Origin: Azolla caroliniana
Lineage: Eukaryota > Plantae > Polypodiophyta
Reading direction: 5' to 3'
Length of the DNA: 64,000 bases
NCBI GenBank assembly: GCA_043228905.1
Contig: JBHGNT010000002.1
Location: 24,242,001 to 24,306,000 of the forward strand
Of this stretch, positions 57,751 through 64,000 are shown piece by piece (within the stretch, counting starts at the first letter, position 1; every line of letters begins with the position of its first letter). The notes below the pieces were generated by a model. That model was not told where the DNA came from and searched no databases. It saw nothing but the letters and a program-made list of their open reading frames with translations. The position numbers and the translations under genes were made by a program.

Positions 57751-60700
57751 GTTCTAGTGCTCCTTGCCGAGATTGCTCATGAACCGGCTCACCACTCCGA
57801 CTGCGTATCCTATATCCAGTCGGGTACAAACCATTGCGTACATTAAGCTCCCGATGGCAGAGGCATATGGAATCTTAGTCATATCCGCCTTCTCTCCTTT
57901 CGTCTTCGGGCTTTGCTTACCGGATAGCCTGCAGTTTGCCGGAAGTGTCGATCCGACCGGTTTCGCATCTGACATGTTGAACCGGTGAAGCACCTTTGTC
58001 ACGTACTTCTCCTGTGACAACCATAATTGCTTCGTTGACCGGTTCCGGATAATATGCATCCCCAGCATTTGTCTTGCCGGACCCAAGTCTTTCATTGAGA
58101 AGGTCCGGTTGAGAGCCTTCTTCAGCATCCGTATTTTGACTTGGTCCCGTCCGACGATCAACATGTCGTCCACGTACAGAAGGAGTATCAGGAAGTCGCC
58201 TCCTTCGAACTTCTTCACAAACACGCAGTGATCGGCCTGCGTCTTATGCTACCCTTGATCGGTCATGAAGGAGTCGAACTTCCGGTACCATTGCCGGGGG
58301 GCCTGCTTCAACCCGTAGAGGCTCTTCTTCAACCGGCATACCAGGTGCTCCTTCCCTTTCTCCACGAATCCCTCCGGTTGCTGCATGTAGATCTCCTCTT
58401 CGAGGTCGCCGTGAAGGAATGTCGTCTTCACGTCCAGCTGTTCTACCTCGAGGTCCATGCTTGCCTCTATACTCAGCACCGTCCGGATGGAGGTCATCTT
58501 TACTACCGGGACAAATATCTTGTCGAAGTCCACGCCCTTCTTCTACTGGAACCCCTTCACCACGATCCTGGCTTTGTATCTCGGGGGTTTGCTGGCATCT
58601 CCCGGTTTCAACTTGTACACCCACTTGTTTCGGAGTGCCCGCTTTCCTTTCGGCAACTCCACCAATTCGTACGTATGGTTCTCATGCAGGGAATCCATCT
58701 CGTCCTGCATGGCACTTAACCATTTTCGGATGTGGGTGTCATCCTTTGCTTCTTCGAAGCTTTCCGGCTCCCCCTCATCGGTCAGCAGCACATGCTCTGC
58801 ATCCGGAAATCTCCGGGGGGGCCTTCTCTCTCTGAGAGGATATCTTCCTCTTTGGGCTTCGGTAGCTGCCTCCTCCATTTTCTCTTCATCTGAATCCGAT
58901 TCGGGGTCTAGGCCAGTTCCGGTCTCAGCTTCCTCTACTTCTTCTTCTGCCGGTTCGGTATCCTCACCGTAACCGGCTGGTTCCTCGAGTGCTAACCGGT
59001 CTCTTGCCGGTTGGGTCTGCTTATCGTAGAGTCGATCCTTACCGGTCGACTCGGAGTTCATTATCTTCTTCTCCGACTCCCAGTCGGCGAGCGTCTTGTC
59101 CTCCATGAAGATAATATCTCGACTCCGGAATACCTTCTTGTCGACCGGGTCCCACACTCAGTAGCTGAACTCATCGTCGCCGTAACCGAGGAATATGCAT
59201 GGCCGGGTCTTTGGATCTAACTTTCCTCTCCGGTCCTTAGTTACATGCACGTACGCGAGACACCTGAACACCTTCAGGTGCCGGTAGGATACTTCCTTAC
59301 CGGTCCACACTCTCTGTGGCGTGTCTCCGTCCAAGGGTACTGAGGGTGATCTATTTATCACATATGTCGCCGTCGACAGTGCCTCAGCCCAAAACTTCTT
59401 GGGTAGTTTTGCATGCGCTAGCATACTCCGGACCCTCTCCATTATGGTCCGGTTCATCCTCTTGGCCAGTCCGTTTAGTTCCAGCGTCTTCGGCACGGTA
59501 AATTCGAGCCGGATTCCCTTCGAGCGGCAGTACTCCTCGAATTGCCCCCGGTATTCTCCTCCGTTATCTGCTCGAACCGCCTTCAGCTTCCGGTCGGTTT
59601 CTCTTTCCACTCTCGTGTGGAGCTCTTTGAAGACGGATAGCACCTGATCCTTCGTCTTCAACGGTGTGGCCCACAGCTTCCGGTTGTGGTCATCTATGAA
59701 AGTCACGAAGTACTGCGCTCCGGCATGTGACTTCGTGTCTACCTGACACACATCCGTATGCACCAACTCCAGTGGTGCATTACGTCTCATCGGTGGCCTT
59801 GGTCGGAAGGAGGTCCGGTTTTGCTTACCGGCTAGACAATCAGTGCACTTCTCCAAGTGCACGTTCTTCACTGGAATGAGGTTGTCGTCTGCAAGCCTCT
59901 TCATCCCCTTCTCGCTCATATGACACAGCCTCTTGTGCCACAGCTCACCGGTAGTGTCGGATGCCACGTTCACTTCTTCCGGACATAACCGAGCATTCAT
60001 CAGGTACAGTGTGTTGACCTTCCAGGCCAGAGCCACAATCAGGCTCCCTTTGCTGAACTTCATGACACCGTTCTGGATGCTACCAGTGTAGCCTTCATCA
60101 TCTAACCGACCGGCTGATATCAGGTTCAGACGAACCTCCGGAACGTGTCGAACATCTTTCAGCAACAACTTGCATCCGGTTGGTGTTGACAGCCACACGT
60201 CTCCTATGCCGATAATTCGGCATGTACCTTCATTCCCCATCCGGACACAGCCGTGATCACCGACTGAGTAGGATGAGAAGCATTTTCGGTCCGGGGTAAG
60301 GTGGAACGATGCTCCGGAGTCTACCACCCAGGTCATCTTGTCGCCGGCAAGGTTTATCTCACTCTCCTCGGTGATGAGCATCAACTCTTCTTCACTTGCC
60401 GCGATTGTCGTCGTTCCCTTCCGGTTCGTTCCCCTCCGGTCTTTACCGTTCCGGTCCGGGGTCCGCTTTGAATCGGTACCGTCGGTCTCCTTATCCTTTC
60501 GGAAATGCCGACAGTTCTTTTGGAAGTGTCTTGGCTTGCCGCAATAGAAGCAAGTGGGCTTCCCCCTTGACTTTGACCGTGTCCCCGACTTTTCCCGGTT
60601 TTGGGGACTACGGTTTTTTTGTCTTCCGCGTTCTGATTCGGTAAGGAGCGTTGTGGAGTCGGAGCTCGTATCTTTATCCTTCCGACGCGCCTCCTCATCT

Positions 60701-61637
60701 AGCAAGCTCGACTTTACTCTTGCTAGGGATAACCGCTTTCCTTCCGGTCTGTCATTGCCCAAAGTGACAACCAATGTCTCCCAGCTATCCGGGAGGGAAC
60801 CGAGCAGGAGTAACGCTAGTACCTCATCGGTGAGAGGTACTTCCAATGAAGTTGCCTGGTGGATCAGCCCCTGGAAGGCATTCATGTGCTTAGCCATGCT
60901 GGAGCCATCTTGGTACCGGAGTCTTACTAGCTTCCGGAATACCGAAACCTGATTAACAGCATTTTTGTTTTGAAACATAATGACGATCTTCTCCCAGAGC
61001 TCATGAGCCTTGCTCTCTTCATTGAAGTTGTTGTATAGGCTCATGTCGATGAATGAAAAGAATAGCGTGCGAAAGCAGGTATGAAGACAGAATAGAGGAA
61101 GGAAACTCAAGTTCAATGGAGAGCTTCGGCTTACACGGTATACGCGGGAGAGACAGAGAGAGAAACACAGAAACAACTCTATTCAACAATAATACTCAGT
61201 CTGTACATAAGACGTGCTCAGTGAACACTTTTATACAAGTCCTGGAAGGACTGACCGAAGTACTGACAGTACTTCAATGCTCATTAAGAGCTCCTACACT
61301 AATTCCCAAATATATTCCTCACGGAATATCTTTCCTAACGACCTCCCGGTTTACACACTCGGCCTAACCGATCGGTCCCAGCCGATCCGGTCCTCGGTTT
61401 CTTTAGCCGATCTGGCCGATGTTGAGCTTGTCTCTCAACAATGAAGCATCGTATGTACATCGTTGTCTTCATGTGCATCACCTCCCATATCGTGGCGTCG
61501 ATTTTGTCCAGTCTCTTGTCCCCGAACTGAACTGGCAACCAAAGATCTTTAACCACGAGCATGTCCCTCATCTTCGACTTCCATACCGAATAGTTGGAGC
61601 CGGTGAGCTTGAACATGCCGCCAAACGAATCGTCCAT
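57751..61637 (-). pseudogene. gag-pol: Copia G2 gag-PR-INT-RT polyprotein; the RNaseH part continues at about 49990-50521
   Basis: KLTGSNYSVWK, CFYCGKPRHFQKNC, WVVDSGASFH, RADNGGEY, QLDVKT and YVDDML. Several in-frame stops; interrupted by a solo LTR. Confidence 0.93.
61054..61440 (-). mobile_element. Copia-type solo LTR (387 bp) inserted in G2 gag
   Basis: Minus strand TGTTGAGAGACAAGC...CTTTTCA. TSD ATGAA at 61049-61053 and 61441-61445. Confidence 0.92.
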
Positions 61638-63064
61638 TTTCTGTATCGTTTCGCTCTGATACCACTTGACGGGAACTACAACGCTCCTTATACGCACCGC
61701 TCGGCCACAACCGAGCTTAGAATCATACACAGAGAATGGGAATAAATCGCACGACACAAACAAGAGAAGAGTACACAGGATGTTTACGTGGAAAACCCAA
61801 ACTAGGGAAAAAACCACGGCAGCCCACAGGCTGCAAACTATCACTATGCTAGAATGTACAATAGTGAGTTCACGGAAGCAACGACCTCGTGCTCACGATC
61901 TTCGCCACAGGCGGCGGTTACAACAGAGGCAACGACCTCGTTCTCTCACTCTCTCTCTCTCTGTACACAGTTACGCGCTCTAATCTCGCGCAAACAAGAA
62001 TAACAACAGCAGTTACTATAAGTTTGCCCTAAGTCATATTTATACCAATATGACTTTTCGGCTATTTACAAATATAGCCACGATGGGCTCTCAGAAACAT
62101 ATTATCGAATATGTCTCTTCATCCGGTGAGCACTCCTTACCGAATCTGCACCATCCGGCTCTCCATAGCCGGGTACTCCTCATCCGGTTCTCACCGGGCC
62201 TGCACCATCCGGCTCTCCGTAGCCGAGTACTCCTCATCCGGTTCTCACCGGGTCTGCACCATCCGGTCCTCCGTAGCCGGGTACTCCTAGTCCGATTTCG
62301 GCCTCGGCCTTTGTTCTTCGGCATTGTTCTTCTCCCTTCCCATCCGGAGGAACCTGTCTCCCAACATATAAGTGGGCTCTCTAGTTATTGATGAACCATT
62401 CTAGTGCAACATTAGTCTTCTGTGTATTCTTATAATGTTGTTCTTGTTAATATAATTTGTTGAGATATCAAGCTCAACTAAGTTTAGCCATTTAGTTAAC
62501 CACGTAACTTAGTAGTTACCTAGATAGAATCTAGTTAGTGTGTTGACCTTAAAGCCTTAAATAGGATTCTATACTTGAGTGGGATACATTCTAGATCCTC
62601 CACTCACATGTTCATTTAATATAGGACTTACATCTTTGTACCTATATTCTCCTCACACATATGCACTCTTGCACATGAGATCTATACATACCTCATTGTG
62701 GGTATTTTTGTAACTTGATGGTTATTAATATAGAGAAAGGTCTTTGGCTACACTCTTGTTAATCATCCCCCATTTATCTTATTGTTCATAAGTGTAACTT
62801 CCTCTCTCTCTTTCCCTCTCACATACACACACACACATCACATAAGCTTCTAATGCTTAATCACATACGTGATTAACTATTCACATAATTATATTCTTCT
62901 CTTCTTTCCTTATCGTCTTCTTCCATTCTATGTTGTTTGCAGTTATGGCCCTAAGACTTTGAACTAGAATTCCCTCTTTTTCTTTGAGGAGTTTATTTCG
63001 AGCGTTATCACCACAATTGAGTTGTTCAACAAGCAAGAGTACATGTCCGTTCTCTTTTAAATTT

Positions 63065-63860
63065 GGAAGATCAACCTAATTTGGAAGTTTGATGGTATTC
63101 GACCTCAATTTTGAGGATTTGTAAACCAAGTGCACCTTCTCCTCTAGGTGCATCTTAACCAATATCCAACATATGTTGCTTGAGTTTGGTTGGTATGAAC
63201 ATTATTAATGATTGCATACCTGTTATTGAGTGTAATATTTGGTATCATTAAAAACATTTTGCAAATAGTGGGTTATCACATCATACTACTCTACTGTAAT
63301 AGCTTCGTAAATGATTTCAAATCTTCATGGAAACTAAGAAGTAAATTGTTCACATCAATGCATAGCCAACATTGGAAGTTGGATGCAAGGAGGTGAAAAT
63401 TTGTTGCTAAGCCAAGCTAAGATGATATCCTTGTCATCCTTACACTACTTGTAACCCCGAAAACTTACTTAGAATTCTTTGATGAAACCATCCAAATATT
63501 TGAAAAAAGGAGAATTATTTTCTAATAATGGAGCAAACCATGCAAATGTGCATTCATAGTAGCAACCCCACCTTCAAGCCCTACTCACGCACATAACAAA
63601 GTTATGAAAGGTTCCCCCAATCCAATGGAGATTGATGAAACATGTCATCGAGGGCCAAGCTAAAAAAGCAAAGGTGTGGAGCAAGCCATATATGTCTATA
63701 TTGTAGTGACCTAGGACACAACAATAAATTGTCCACAACAACCAAGACATCAAGTGAAACAAGTGTTAGTGATAAATTTGATCTTGATTCTCCAATTATA
63801 TATAGCAATCTTAATAGTCCTACACCATCCAATAGGTTTGGAGTCCTATCAAAATAGGAT
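63065..63860 (+). pseudogene. gag: Ancient Tcn1-like chromovirus gag relic
   Basis: KFDGIRPQF*GFVNQVHLL...YP at about 63085-63170 and knuckle remnant ICLYCSDLGH near 63690. Many stops. Confidence 0.55.
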
Positions 63861-64000
63861 CCATTTGGTTGGACAACCCAAATTCTATATAGTTAGTGCA
63901 AAGCAATTGTTCCATTTCATAAAAGTAAATTAGTAGGTTTTGGTCATGTATTTTTTCATACAATTTTGGCACCCTTCCATGCACCCTTGAAGATTTTGGA

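Larger units (their letters stand above)
49220..62366 (-). mobile_element. Full-length Ty1/Copia element 'G2' with two nested insertions
   Basis: LTRs at 49220-49959 and 61667-62366, TSD TATAA, iMet PBS at 61653-61664, PPT at 49962-49972, gag ATG at 61637. Confidence 0.96.

Noticed and set aside
61054-61176. Signal-peptide-like N-terminus on the 672-aa Copia ORF
   Set aside because: It comes from the inserted solo LTR read in frame by chance. The true gag start is 61637.
62372-63060. Host gene or promoter
   Set aside because: AT-rich with no credible exon structure. It probably represents the old LTR/leader of the Tcn1-like relic, but boundaries could not be fixed.

Overview
No host gene is recognisable. 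The window is a deeply nested cluster of LTR retrotransposons from a plant genome, most likely a non-seed plant (inferred from plant-type tRNA-Trp and tRNA-iMet primer sites, a fungal-like Gypsy lineage and a Tcn1-like gag relic). Contents: (1) about ten insertions of one unusual Ty3/Gypsy lineage with TGTCG...YGACA LTRs and RT motifs DLYSGYDQF and FLDD(V/I)PIKG, present as coding, gag-only and solo-LTR copies; (2) a young Athila-like element (8442-18251) with a long intact extra ORF; (3) several Ty1/Copia elements; (4) a hAT-like non-autonomous DNA element. The main signal is a set of traits in the Gypsy lineage. Every readable insertion flank is a 4-mer centred on CpG, and two different elements hit the same nucleotide in two Copia copies. 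Two LTR subfamilies carry tRNA-like A/B-box modules. RT appears to be reached by a -1 frameshift placed after the protease (GGAUUUU plus a pseudoknot). A covarying hairpin precedes the PPT, and priming is by tRNA-Trp. All of this was read by eye with no database search, so family names and novelty need confirmation.
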